From the NCBI GenBank assembly GCA_040219275.1, contig JAVJSU010000038.1:167962-231961 (forward strand): a stretch of 64,000 nucleotides of DNA, in the 5' to 3' direction. Below the pieces are notes generated by a model. That model was not told where the DNA came from. It saw only the letters and a list, made by a program, of their open reading frames with translations, and searched no databases. Position 1 is the first letter of the stretch, and every line of letters begins with the position of its first letter. The stretch is from Aggregatilineales bacterium. GTDB lineage: Bacteria; Chloroflexota; Anaerolineae; Aggregatilineales; Phototrophicaceae. Positions 36,964 to 46,779 of this stretch are shown one piece after another. The position numbers were made by a program, and so were the translations under genes.

Positions 36964-37629
36964 ATGGTCGATCAACCTATTCTGAAAAGCGACTCTCCTG
37001 AAGAAGTACAGGTCGAATTGCCCTATGGCGAAATCGTGGCGGAGGGAGTCTCCGAAGCGGATTATATGAAGCATTACGCAGGGGATTTTTACGAATATAT
37101 ACGGGGCTATGTGATAAAAATGTCACCAGTGCATATCTTACACGACGAACTCACACGCTATCTTGCCTTCTTACTGTCGTATTTTCTGGCGAATAAATCG
37201 CTGGGCAAAATCGTACAAGCGCCTTTCGTTCAGAAATTAACGGACATCAGCCGACGCGAACCCGATCTCATGGTGATTCTCGGTGATAATCTCAGCAACC
37301 TCAAACCAACCTATATGGACGGTCCAGCTGATATTTGTATCGAAATCATCTCGCCGGAGAGTGAAGGGCGCGATCATGGTGAAAAATTAGGGGAATACGA
37401 GCGCGGAGGTGTGCGTGAATACTGGATTCTTGACCCGCTACGTGAGGAAAGCCGATTTTTACGCCTGAATGAGTCCGGTAGTTTCATCGCCCAGCACACT
37501 GATGCAGATGGGAATTATCACACACCGTTATTGCCGGGCTTCGTTTTGCATGTGCCTACGTTGTGGGAAGACGACCTCCCCGACGCAGTGCAAGTGGTTG
37601 ATCTTGTGAAGGTGATGCTCGGAGGCTAA
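36964..37629 (+). CDS. Uma2-family (DUF820) putative restriction-endonuclease-like protein.
   Basis: Length and the PD-(D/E)xK-like core (EPDLMVIL ... ADICIEIISPES ... EYWILDP) are typical of Uma2-family proteins, which are abundant in Cyanobacteria and Chloroflexi. Confidence 0.65.
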   Translation: MVDQPILKSDSPEEVQVELPYGEIVAEGVSEADYMKHYAGDFYEYIRGYVIKMSPVHILHDELTRYLAFLLSYFLANKSLGKIVQAPFVQKLTDISRREPDLMVILGDNLSNLKPTYMDGPADICIEIISPESEGRDHGEKLGEYERGGVREYWILDPLREESRFLRLNESGSFIAQHTDADGNYHTPLLPGFVLHVPTLWEDDLPDAVQVVDLVKVMLGG

Positions 37630-37636
37630 TTCCCCA

Positions 37637-38083
37637 TTAAACATTCAAATAATAAGTGACAAAACCCGATTCACGTTTCCAGCCCAGTTTTTCGTAAAGG
37701 GTCTGTGCAGGTTCATTATCATTCGCCGTCTGGAGCACTAGAGTCCGCACGCCGATGGTACGGGCAAACTGGCGGGCATGTTCGAGCAGTGCCGCACCAA
37801 CGCCTTGTCCCCGTGCACCGGGAACGACAAATAAATCATTCAAAATCCATAATTCGCGCAAATTAACCGAAGAAAATGACGGGTACATCTGGACGAAGCC
37901 GAGCGCAGAATCACCATCCATCGCCAAAAAAATGACCGATTCGCCATTTTTAACGCGATGCTCAAGAAAACGACGGGCGTTCTTTATATCACTATCCTGC
38001 TTGTAAAATACGCGGTACGCATCAAACAGCGGGACAATCCATTCAACATGTTCCAGATCAGCACGAATGATATTCAGGCTCAT
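37637..38083 (-). CDS. GNAT-family N-acetyltransferase.
   Basis: Motif A RGQGVGAALLE and about 148 aa. Confidence 0.75.
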   Translation of the reverse strand: MSLNIIRADLEHVEWIVPLFDAYRVFYKQDSDIKNARRFLEHRVKNGESVIFLAMDGDSALGFVQMYPSFSSVNLRELWILNDLFVVPGARGQGVGAALLEHARQFARTIGVRTLVLQTANDNEPAQTLYEKLGWKRESGFVTYYLNV

Positions 38084-38194
38084 AGCGTAACCTGCCCTCT
38101 ATGAATTTAGTAAAGATTGCACCATTATAACCTGTTACCAATGATTGTGTTATTCCAAGTATAACGTTGCCGATAGCGTCGGGTAAACGCCGGA

Positions 38195-40126
38195 TTACTC
38201 CACGTCGAAATTTCCAATAATCGTATGCGGTTGACCGTCAATGGTCTCCACTGGAATGATGTCTCCGTTGGCATCAAAGCGATAGACCTGCAACTCCACG
38301 CGATAATTTCCGGCAGGGAGCGCGTTCAACCCATCGACTATTTCGAGCGGTTTCGGATCATAGATGACTTCGCCCACCTCAAAGGTCGTGGTAGAACGTG
38401 CACCGTTTTGTGGTTGAGAGTCGTATTGGGCAACCAGACCACTATTATCCGCATCAAAGACGCGCACAGAGGTGACGTAATCGGTAGTTTGTGCTGATTC
38501 TGTTGACCACCACAGATCGACGCGTAAATCATCTTGCAGAATGTTCACAGCGTTGAGGATCATGCCGTTTTCGTAGCTTGTCAGCGGAGACGCGGGCAGT
38601 AAATCATAACGATAGGTAATCAGCGGAATCGTCCCCAGATGATAAGTCGTGGTCTGCATGGTCGGCACATAGCCAAATTGCGCCAGATAGGTGAACATGG
38701 TCTGGCTGGCGTTCCAGTGGATCAACCAGATCGTCTTGACGTGTTCATTCTGCACTTCGCTCTGGCTAGAAATCAGCGCGGGTAGGGTTTGCTGGTAAAA
38801 TTCGGGATTCTCGATATTGCCCCACCACGGATTCAACCCGATCTGCACACCCTCCGGCAGATCATGTTCGATGTAGTACCACAGCGCGGCATTCTCTGCG
38901 CCGACTTCCGCCAGCACCAATTCGTCCGATGCGACATAGGGCTGAATCGTGTTGACGACCTGCTCCCACGGCGCTTTCTGACGATACCAGTCGACATGCG
39001 TTACGCCGTAGAGCACGATCATGACGACTAGAATCACACGCGCCGGACGTTGAATATTGCTCAAGCCGAGCGCGATCAACAGTACCACCGGAATAGTCAA
39101 TTGGGCGAAGTGCTGATTAAAAAACACCAGACTGCGATGACTAAGCAGATAGGTAAAAATTAGCGGGAGGATACCCAGAAACAAAATTAAGCATGTGTTG
39201 CGCGAGGGGACGATCTTTATGACCGCGGCAGGCTTCCAATGATAATAGACGCGGATTAAGCCAAGAATCGCCAATAGGAGCATGAATATCCACTGTTCGC
39301 CAAACCACGATAACCGGAAGCTCCGTAGAGTCTCCAGATCAATGGCGCTCCCGCAATTGACGCACACATCGGAGTCAAAGAATTGTTCGCGCATCACGGC
39401 GAAAAACCACGGCAAAAATGCGACACCAACCAGACCGACAATCCCAACGGCGAAAAGTCGCTGTTTTCCGCGTAAAAAAATCAGCGCATGGAGCAGATGG
39501 GCGGCGATGACATACGCGCTGAAGTAATGCGTGTAGAGTGCCAGCGTCATAAATAGCCACCACAGCGCACCATCACGGCGACTAAAGGTACGCGTCCAAC
39601 GCAGATAAAACCATGTGGCGGAGGCGCACAGGAGCACCTGCCATGTATACATGCGGAGTTCCTGCGCGAGATAATTTTCACCATCAGCGAGCGCCATCAA
39701 CAGCGCGGCGAGCACCGGAACACCTAGAATAGCGAAATGCAGGATTTCCGGCGCATCCTTGAGGCGTTCTCGCGCCAATTCACGCCCGATCTGATAAATC
39801 ACCGCGATGCTGACCATCCCCGGCAAAAATGACCAGAAGCGCAACGCTAGCACGGACTCGCCTGTGAAGGCTGACCATGCGTGGAGGGCGTAAAAATAAA
39901 GCGGCGGGTGACGGTCTGCCTTGACCAACTCGAAGAGATCCCCGCGAAAGGTGTACCATGTAAAGCCCTCGTCAATCCACAGGCTCGGTCCGTCGATGTT
40001 CAAAATGCGCGTGGAGGCGACCAGAAAAATCACTGTGAGTGCTATTAGGCGAGCATAGATTAGCCCTTCGCCGGTTAACGCACGTTGAAAGGGTATGCGT
40101 GAAGATGGAGTTGCCACTTGAGTCAT
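38195..40126 (-). CDS. PMT/ArnT-family membrane glycosyltransferase (GT39/GT83-like) with a C-terminal extracytoplasmic domain.
   Basis: About 11 N-terminal TM helices with the first-loop motif WIDEGF...RHPPLYF, typical of dolichyl/undecaprenyl-phosphate-sugar dependent glycosyltransferases. The soluble C-terminal roughly 200 aa follows. Confidence 0.7.
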   Translation of the reverse strand: MTQVATPSSRIPFQRALTGEGLIYARLIALTVIFLVASTRILNIDGPSLWIDEGFTWYTFRGDLFELVKADRHPPLYFYALHAWSAFTGESVLALRFWSFLPGMVSIAVIYQIGRELARERLKDAPEILHFAILGVPVLAALLMALADGENYLAQELRMYTWQVLLCASATWFYLRWTRTFSRRDGALWWLFMTLALYTHYFSAYVIAAHLLHALIFLRGKQRLFAVGIVGLVGVAFLPWFFAVMREQFFDSDVCVNCGSAIDLETLRSFRLSWFGEQWIFMLLLAILGLIRVYYHWKPAAVIKIVPSRNTCLILFLGILPLIFTYLLSHRSLVFFNQHFAQLTIPVVLLIALGLSNIQRPARVILVVMIVLYGVTHVDWYRQKAPWEQVVNTIQPYVASDELVLAEVGAENAALWYYIEHDLPEGVQIGLNPWWGNIENPEFYQQTLPALISSQSEVQNEHVKTIWLIHWNASQTMFTYLAQFGYVPTMQTTTYHLGTIPLITYRYDLLPASPLTSYENGMILNAVNILQDDLRVDLWWSTESAQTTDYVTSVRVFDADNSGLVAQYDSQPQNGARSTTTFEVGEVIYDPKPLEIVDGLNALPAGNYRVELQVYRFDANGDIIPVETIDGQPHTIIGNFDVE

Positions 40127-40514
40127 GGAATTTCACTGTGTGCTTTGTCACTATTCGGATGGCTATTATAGAGGTTGGTTTTATGGGAACAATAGTGGGA
40201 ACACGGATAAAAATAGATCATAGCATCATAAATATTGGCTGTTAACAACCACAACGATACAAAACACGTTCAGGTTAGTATAGTGTTCAGAGAACGTTAT
40301 ATTTTGTAACATTTTCCCATAGTTTGTAAATCAGGATTGAGCAGAAATGGCGAATTGTCGCCATTTTATGAAATCTTTATAAGGGTGATCCTAATCCCGT
40401 AAAATTTGATTGACCGCGTCAGATGGCGTATGGTAATATTTCGTCATGTAACGAAATAGACGCGCTAAGACATTCATCAATACATCAATTCTACTCCGAG
40501 AGTGAGAGAGACCC

Positions 40515-40880
40515 ATGCGTAAATTAAACCGATTTGCCATTAAGCATATTCTACGCACCACACGCAATTTTGAGGGAAAGAACCTCAGCGGGTTAGATTT
40601 AGCAGGGTTTAATTTCTCTCATGCCAGGCTGTGGTATGCCGATCTTTCCGGCGCAAATCTAGCAGGTGTGAACTTTGCCCATGCCGATTTAACGGGCGCA
40701 AATTTGACCTGCACCAATCTAGCAGGCGCAAATCTGAGCGCCGCACAGCTTGATGAAACCATCTTCGATGAGACTAACCTGACGGGTGTTTATCTTGGGG
40801 AGTTCGTCTTTGATACAGATATTGACGAACGTAACTCACAATTCAACAATCCTAAACCCCAATATGCCCAAACAGCTTAA
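40515..40880 (+). CDS. Pentapeptide-repeat protein.
   Basis: Tandem A(D/N)LxG pentapeptides (DLAGFNFSHARLWYADLSGANLAGVNFAHADLTGANLTCTNLAGANLSAAQL). Confidence 0.85.
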   Translation: MRKLNRFAIKHILRTTRNFEGKNLSGLDLAGFNFSHARLWYADLSGANLAGVNFAHADLTGANLTCTNLAGANLSAAQLDETIFDETNLTGVYLGEFVFDTDIDERNSQFNNPKPQYAQTA

Positions 40881-40992
40881 TCACGGGAAACGCCTGCATC
40901 ATCATGAGCACAATCATCCCCCCGATGTAATAACGTTATTGTTGTAGGCGGTTTCTCATCCGGCACATTCTTAGGAGGAATGACCGGAAATA

Positions 40993-41031
40993 AAAAGAGG
41001 TGATCTTTGAGCATAGATCGCCTCTTTTTTG
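40993..41031 (+). terminator. Intrinsic terminator (agaggtgatc...gatcgcctc + T6) downstream of the pentapeptide gene.
   Basis: An imperfect 9-10-bp stem followed by tttttt. Confidence 0.45.
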
Positions 41032-41100
41032 TTCAGATATTCAGCTTCATGTCATTCTCGTCTATAATCGATCCATCCGTATCAACTATCGACAAGCCTC

Positions 41101-42129
41101 ATGCCTTTTAGCCGTCTTGTGTTTCGCCTCGCACTATTCGTTTTTGTCCCGATACTTCTGGTTATGGTGGTCTGGTCACTCCTACCGTTTCGGGGCGATG
41201 TTTTGATATTTAGTGCTTATCTGGAAGATCACTATAGTGTGTTTACGCTCGATATTGATCGCCACATCATCCACACCGTCACACCATTTAACGGCAATGT
41301 CTATAATCCGAGATGGTCGCCGGATGGAGAGCAGATCGCCTTCGTTTATGGGCGCGATATTTATGTGAGCGATGCAAGCGGGCGTTATGCGTATAATCTG
41401 ACGAATACACGGGAAATCATTACCAATACGCTACCCGTCTGGTCACCGGATGGCGCGCACATCGCGTTTGTCTCTGATCGTGTGGGTCAGCAAAATCTTT
41501 TCGTTATGGATCGAAATGGCGAAAATGTGCGTAACCTCACGCCTGAACTGGAAGTAAGGAATGCGCCGATATGGTCACCGGATAGCACACAATTATTGCT
41601 CAACGTCAACGATGGCACTGAATCGCAGATGGTCAGGGTCACCTTTGAAACTGGCGAAATTGCCGGGTTTGAAGGCGCGGGCGAAGTCGTTGGTGGCATT
41701 GCATGGTCACCAGATGGCTCACAACTGGCATATCTGCGCTGGAATGATCGCACATTTCAGCTGGTGGTTGAGGACATAAGTACGGGAGACACGCAAATAA
41801 TTCACGACTCCATCAACACGACATCCCTGCCACATTGGTCGCCAGACAGCACAAAACTCACCTATGTCATCTCCATTCAAAATGGACAGCGCATCGTTTA
41901 TGTGCGGGATTTACGCGACAATGACGATAAAGAATTGTTCGGATTCGGCTTGACGCGGAACATCATCATAGAATCGCCCCGCTGGTCACCGGATGGTGAA
42001 CGGATCGCCTTCCTCTCCAACCATGAATCCTTAACGGCACTCTACACCATTTCCACTCGTGGCGGCGGTCTGGAACGCATCTCCCCCGCAAACTTGTCGC
42101 TGGTCTCTGATCCTCAATGGCGACCATGA
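41101..42129 (+). CDS. TolB-like PD40 beta-propeller repeat protein with an N-terminal TM anchor.
   Basis: Six WSPDG/WSPDS PD40 repeats and an N-terminal hydrophobic helix. Confidence 0.8.
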   Translation: MPFSRLVFRLALFVFVPILLVMVVWSLLPFRGDVLIFSAYLEDHYSVFTLDIDRHIIHTVTPFNGNVYNPRWSPDGEQIAFVYGRDIYVSDASGRYAYNLTNTREIITNTLPVWSPDGAHIAFVSDRVGQQNLFVMDRNGENVRNLTPELEVRNAPIWSPDSTQLLLNVNDGTESQMVRVTFETGEIAGFEGAGEVVGGIAWSPDGSQLAYLRWNDRTFQLVVEDISTGDTQIIHDSINTTSLPHWSPDSTKLTYVISIQNGQRIVYVRDLRDNDDKELFGFGLTRNIIIESPRWSPDGERIAFLSNHESLTALYTISTRGGGLERISPANLSLVSDPQWRP

Positions 42130-42247
42130 CAACATCTTTTTAACGGAAAACGCCTCCACATTGCATCATGGTTGCCCTAATCACCACCCAATTTTGAACC
42201 GATACCCTTACTGTGCGTGTTAGTGCATAGAAAGGAGCAGGCTTCGG

Positions 42248-42862
42248 GTGGAAGACGCAATTGCACAGGCACACTTACAACAGGCGCAGGCAGGCAGTAA
42301 CGCCGCGTTTGATGCCCTGCACGAACACCTTGATCCTCCGGTCAGGCGATTTGTGCGCCGTTTGATTGGTGTGCACCCCACCGAAGATGACATTATGCAG
42401 GATGTTTTTCGCGCTTTATTCGTCAATCTGGAACATATGCACCCGGCGGAAAAGTTATTGCCGTTTATTTATCGGGTGGCGCGTAACCGGTGCTACGATG
42501 CGCTCCGGCGGCAACAGCGTCACAAAAATATTTCGCTGGATGACAGTGTACCACTCATCGCAGAGGTCTATCTGCAACCGGAAGAACGCGCTCACTGGTC
42601 ACTGGTATTCACGCGTGTGAAAGCGGCGGTGGATCAATTGCCCGAACCACAACGACAGGCGCTTATTCTCTATGCGGAAGAAGGATTTTCGATGGACGAA
42701 ATTGGTGAAATCATGAGTGTGTCGTCCGGTACGGTGAAATCGCGTTTGCATCACGCCCGCCTCACCCTGCGTCGCCTGCTCAGTGCCGATCTATTCGATG
42801 CAACCGGCAGTAAAATCAATCGTAAGTTATTGGACTTTGTAGGAGATGGTTCAGATGATTAA
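42248..42862 (+). CDS. ECF-type RNA polymerase sigma-70 family factor (GTG start).
   Basis: Region 2 (FIYRVARNRCYDALRR) and region 4 helix-turn-helix (ALILYAEEGFSMDEIGEIMSVSSGTVKSRLHHAR). Confidence 0.8.
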   Translation: MEDAIAQAHLQQAQAGSNAAFDALHEHLDPPVRRFVRRLIGVHPTEDDIMQDVFRALFVNLEHMHPAEKLLPFIYRVARNRCYDALRRQQRHKNISLDDSVPLIAEVYLQPEERAHWSLVFTRVKAAVDQLPEPQRQALILYAEEGFSMDEIGEIMSVSSGTVKSRLHHARLTLRRLLSADLFDATGSKINRKLLDFVGDGSDD

Positions 42863-43199
42863 CACAATTCAGCAAAACGTATCATTAAATCGCTATGCTC
42901 GTGCACTAGAACGCTTGCGCCTCGACCTTAAGCGGAGCATCCATATAGACATTTATCAGGGACTTGGCGAAACAGTCGTGCGGATTTATCGTGGCATCCA
43001 TGAGGGGATCAGCAACGCGGTTAATGATCCTTATCTGACAGCACTCACATTAGGCGATTTAGCTGTGCCTGCTAAAGATCGGGAAAAAGTGGCACTCGTT
43101 AATTTACTCAGTGGACAATTACAGACTTATCTGGAAAGTGTAATTGAAAACGCATCTCATGCGCTAGCGACACAAGGAGAAAGCAACTATGGCGGATAA
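42846..43199 (+). CDS. Small cytoplasmic hypothetical protein, paralog A. A candidate anti-sigma/regulatory partner of the ECF sigma.
   Basis: Overlaps the sigma-factor stop by 17 nt. Shares RY.RA..RLR.DLKRSI...Y.GLG.T.VR.YRGIHE and VNLLSGQL with the next ORF. Confidence 0.55.
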   Translation: MVQMINTIQQNVSLNRYARALERLRLDLKRSIHIDIYQGLGETVVRIYRGIHEGISNAVNDPYLTALTLGDLAVPAKDREKVALVNLLSGQLQTYLESVIENASHALATQGESNYGG

Positions 43200-43503
43200 A
43201 ATCCATCCACTTAAACGCTACTATCGGGCGGTTCATCGCTTACGGGATGACCTGAAGCGAAGCATCTACATGGAGATGTACAAAGGTTTGGGCGATACGG
43301 CTGTCCGTACCTATCGCGGAATCCATGAAGCGGTGATGCGCGAAACAGATGATGTTTTTGTCGCATCGCTGGTCATGGAAGACCCTGCGCCGGATATGGG
43401 CGAAAAGCAAAAGGTGGCGATGGTCAACTTGCTTAGTGGTCAGTTGCTCTCATATCTGGAATTCGAGTTGCATATTGATGGCGACGAAAACGACGATGAT
43501 TAG
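43189..43503 (+). CDS. Small cytoplasmic hypothetical protein, paralog B, with an acidic C terminus.
   Basis: Overlaps paralog A by 11 nt. About 40% identical to paralog A over the core. Confidence 0.55.
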   Translation: MADKIHPLKRYYRAVHRLRDDLKRSIYMEMYKGLGDTAVRTYRGIHEAVMRETDDVFVASLVMEDPAPDMGEKQKVAMVNLLSGQLLSYLEFELHIDGDENDDD

Positions 43504-43567
43504 AGTTATTTCCGAAGCATTGACAGGGGCGAACGCGTTGATTCGCCCCTACACGCTGGTCAATACG

Positions 43568-44263
43568 TTATAGTGCCTGACGAATCATTTGCTCAATGTT
43601 ACCCTGCGGATGTGCGCCGACGAGCTTACCGACCTGCTGACCATTCTTGAACATCAGCATCATGGGGATGCTCATGGCTTGATAGTGGCGTGCCATTGAG
43701 GGGTTATTATCCACATTGAGCTTCGTAATTTTGATTTTGCCTGCGTATTGCTCCGCAAGGCGATCTAACACCGGCGCAACCATATGACATGGACCACACC
43801 ACGGTGCCCAGAAATCGACCAGCACGGGGACATCACTATTCAACACATCCTGCTGGAAACTGGCATCCGAGATATGCACAGGAAGCGCACCCTTTTGTGC
43901 TCTGGCGTTCGTTTCTGCCGTCGTGGTTTGCGGCAATGGTCCCATGCCCATCAAGAAATCAGCATGAGCATCCACATCCTCTGGCAAAATATGCGACGCG
44001 CTGGATTCGACTTCGCCTTCGTCTAATGTTAGTAGTGCGGGCAAGGCGGGACGGTTAAAACGGGCATGAACGTTTGGATTGGCGCTGGCATCGACCTTTA
44101 CGACCAGCATATTCCCCGCGTTTTCTTTCGCCACGCGCTTAAACGCTTCCTCCAAATTGGGATTTTGCTTATCAAACAAATAAAGCAAAACGGGCAATCC
44201 CTGACCAAGAATACGCTCAATGGCGTTGTCGTCGGTGTTGATCGGTGTATCAAAAATGGGCAT
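43568..44263 (-). CDS. Two-domain thioredoxin: an N-terminal Trx-like domain without CxxC, plus a C-terminal canonical thioredoxin.
   Basis: C-terminal WAPWCGPCHMVAP. The N-terminal roughly 120 aa has a Trx-like pattern (LPVLLYLFD...VVKVDASANPNV) but no active-site cysteines. The start is chosen at MPIFDT. Confidence 0.75.
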   Translation of the reverse strand: MPIFDTPINTDDNAIERILGQGLPVLLYLFDKQNPNLEEAFKRVAKENAGNMLVVKVDASANPNVHARFNRPALPALLTLDEGEVESSASHILPEDVDAHADFLMGMGPLPQTTTAETNARAQKGALPVHISDASFQQDVLNSDVPVLVDFWAPWCGPCHMVAPVLDRLAEQYAGKIKITKLNVDNNPSMARHYQAMSIPMMLMFKNGQQVGKLVGAHPQGNIEQMIRQAL

Positions 44264-44399
44264 AATTTTTACCTCATCGTTCACAATTTTATGGACATCG
44301 ATATTTTATAGACGCTGTGAAAGTGACGTTTTATACATAGCCAATCGCTAACGCGATACTCAACCAAGTCAACCTCCTCAACCATGCACAAAATACGAT

Positions 44400-45752
44400 A
44401 TGCTTGGATGTAAGTTCAATCTGAACAACAAGTCATGTAATGTGTCTGCGAGTTATTTGCCCCATAAGGAGCTTATTTTGGAAATTCTGATTATTTTTCT
44501 ACTTACTCTGCTGAATGGTGTGCTGGCGATGTCAGAATTGGCGGTAGTGTCTGCCCGGCAAGCGCGTTTGCAGGCACAACGTGACGATGACACCGCAGGC
44601 GCGAAGGCGGCGCTAGAACTAGCACAAGACCCCAATCGCTTTCTATCGACGGTGCAAATCGGCATTTCGTTGATTGGTGTGCTGGCAGGGGCTTTCAGCG
44701 GGGCAACATTGACAGATGATATGGCACGTTTGCTCGCACAGGTGGATTTTCTAGCACCATACAGTGACCCGTTAGGATTCGCGCTGGTGGTTGCCTTCAC
44801 GACGTATCTATCGCTTATCTTCGGCGAACTCGTCCCTAAACGGCTGGCACTTCGCTCACCGGAACGTATTGCCATATGGGTTGCCCGACCGATGCGCCTA
44901 CTCTCCCGCCTGGCGTATCCGCTTGTGGTGATTTTGAGCATTTCCACCCAAGTGATATTACGCCTACTCAATGCCCATGAGGACGACGCGCCCACTGTAA
45001 CGGAAGAAGAAATTCAGATCATGCTCAACCAGGGCATCAAGGATGGCATATTTGATGCCTCTGAACAGGAAATGATTGCCGGAGTCTTTCGTCTGGATGA
45101 TTTGCGTGTAAGTGCCTTGATGACCCCGCGAACGGAGATGGTCTGGATTGATGTGGATGACCCGCTAGAGGAAATTCTGCAAATCATTAACGATCATGAC
45201 CACCGCCTTTATCCCGTGATTGATGGGACACCAGATGAAGTCATCGGCATTGTGAAGATGCGTGATATTTTACGATTCACGGTTAAAGGTGAATTATTTA
45301 CCCTGCGACAACTCATCAAACCACCCCTTTTCATTCCCGAAGGCATAACCGCTGATGTCGCGCTGAGCCGTTTTCGCCGTGAACGCCAGCATGTCGCGCT
45401 CATTCTCGGTGAACATGGTGGTGTGGAGGGACTGCTCACCCGCGATGACATTCTGGAAGCGATTGTGGGGGATTTAGGCACGCCGGAAGCCATCCAACGA
45501 AAAGACGGCACATGGCTGATTGATGGATTGATGCCTGTCGCAGAATTCAAAGCGTTGTTTGATCTGCGCGAGGATATGCCGGATGAATCCGAAGGCTTAT
45601 ACCAGACTCTCGGTGGCTTCTTTTTGCACCAATTTGGCGATATTCCCAAACCAGCGGATCGTGTTGAGTGGCACGGGCTAATCTTTGAAGTCATGGATAT
45701 GGACGACAAGCGCATCGACAAGCTGTTGGTCAGCAACGCGGACAAAGCGTAA
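44400..45752 (+). CDS. HlyC/CorC (CNNM) family transporter: DUF21 TM domain + CBS pair + CorC_HlyC C-terminal domain.
   Basis: DUF21-type start (LLTLLNGVLAMSELAVVSAR), tandem CBS domains and a C-terminal transporter-associated domain. The true start may be downstream of 44400. Confidence 0.8.
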   Translation: MLGCKFNLNNKSCNVSASYLPHKELILEILIIFLLTLLNGVLAMSELAVVSARQARLQAQRDDDTAGAKAALELAQDPNRFLSTVQIGISLIGVLAGAFSGATLTDDMARLLAQVDFLAPYSDPLGFALVVAFTTYLSLIFGELVPKRLALRSPERIAIWVARPMRLLSRLAYPLVVILSISTQVILRLLNAHEDDAPTVTEEEIQIMLNQGIKDGIFDASEQEMIAGVFRLDDLRVSALMTPRTEMVWIDVDDPLEEILQIINDHDHRLYPVIDGTPDEVIGIVKMRDILRFTVKGELFTLRQLIKPPLFIPEGITADVALSRFRRERQHVALILGEHGGVEGLLTRDDILEAIVGDLGTPEAIQRKDGTWLIDGLMPVAEFKALFDLREDMPDESEGLYQTLGGFFLHQFGDIPKPADRVEWHGLIFEVMDMDDKRIDKLLVSNADKA

Positions 45753-45917
45753 ACAGTCTGTAAAATCTATGTTAGCGATTTGATTTCGAGGCTACAATAG
45801 ACATAGTTTTAAGTGGAAAGTCAGAAGTGAGAAGGCAAAGGATAAACGCTTCACCTTTTATGACATCATGCTATAAACACTATTCTCAATCAAGACGATA
45901 ATCAAAGAAGATGACCT

Positions 45918-46613
45918 ATGAGTGACAACATTCTCGTCGTAGATGACGAACAACGCATTATTGATCTGGCGCAGATGTATCTGGAACAGGAAGGTTACAC
46001 GGTCAGCAGTTCGAACAATGGTAGCGAAGCCTATCAGAGGATCATGGAAAATCCACCGGCGTTGATCGTGCTGGATTTGATGCTCCCCGGCATGGATGGC
46101 TGGGAGATTTGCCGGCGAGTACGGGCGGATTCTGATGTGCCGATTATTATGTTGACGGCGCGGAGTGATGATATTGATAAGATCGTCGGGCTAGAATTGG
46201 GCGCGGATGATTACCTGACAAAGCCGTTTAACCCCCGTGAATTAGTCGCCCGTGTGAAGGCAATTTTACGCCGACAGTCTGCGATTGACCGCCGGAATGT
46301 GTCTGCATCAGAAGCCAGCACGAGCATCACGCATAAAAATATGATGATTGACCCTGAACGGCGCATGGTGAAGGTCGATAATAAAGCGGTCGATTTACGC
46401 ATGAAAGAATTCGACCTTTTGCTCACGCTGGCGAAAGACCCCGGTCTGGTGTTCAGTCGGGAGAAATTGTTGGAGATCGTCTGGGGATATGATTTCGCCG
46501 GAGAAACCCGTACCGTTGATGTGCATATCGCCCATCTGCGTCACAAGCTGGAGGGGATGCAAGCGCAAATCGAAACCGTGTGGGGCGTGGGTTATAAGCT
46601 GGAAGTGGAATGA
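45918..46613 (+). CDS. OmpR-family response regulator.
   Basis: ILVVDDE, LIVLDLMLPGMDG, LTAR, and a winged-helix C terminus (VDVHIAHLRHKLE, GVGYKL). Confidence 0.9.
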   Translation: MSDNILVVDDEQRIIDLAQMYLEQEGYTVSSSNNGSEAYQRIMENPPALIVLDLMLPGMDGWEICRRVRADSDVPIIMLTARSDDIDKIVGLELGADDYLTKPFNPRELVARVKAILRRQSAIDRRNVSASEASTSITHKNMMIDPERRMVKVDNKAVDLRMKEFDLLLTLAKDPGLVFSREKLLEIVWGYDFAGETRTVDVHIAHLRHKLEGMQAQIETVWGVGYKLEVE

Positions 46614-46779
46614 GTGGGATAGGCGACCAAAATTTAGGAAATTACTAACAGGTAGGCGACCTGGCATATCGCCCCTACGCATTGCTTGTTCATCGAGATC
46701 ACGAAAATCCACTTAATGTATGATGACTTTTTCTAATCTGACAACTAATTACTGAAAACTGTGAACTGAAATAAAAACC

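Noticed and set aside
40260-40514. Searched this region, and all other intergenic regions, for tRNA genes, rRNA fragments and CRISPR repeats
   Set aside because: No cloverleaf-compatible sequence with a T-arm GGTTCGAATCC-like motif was found. No regularly spaced direct repeats with unique spacers were found, and no rRNA-like conserved blocks.
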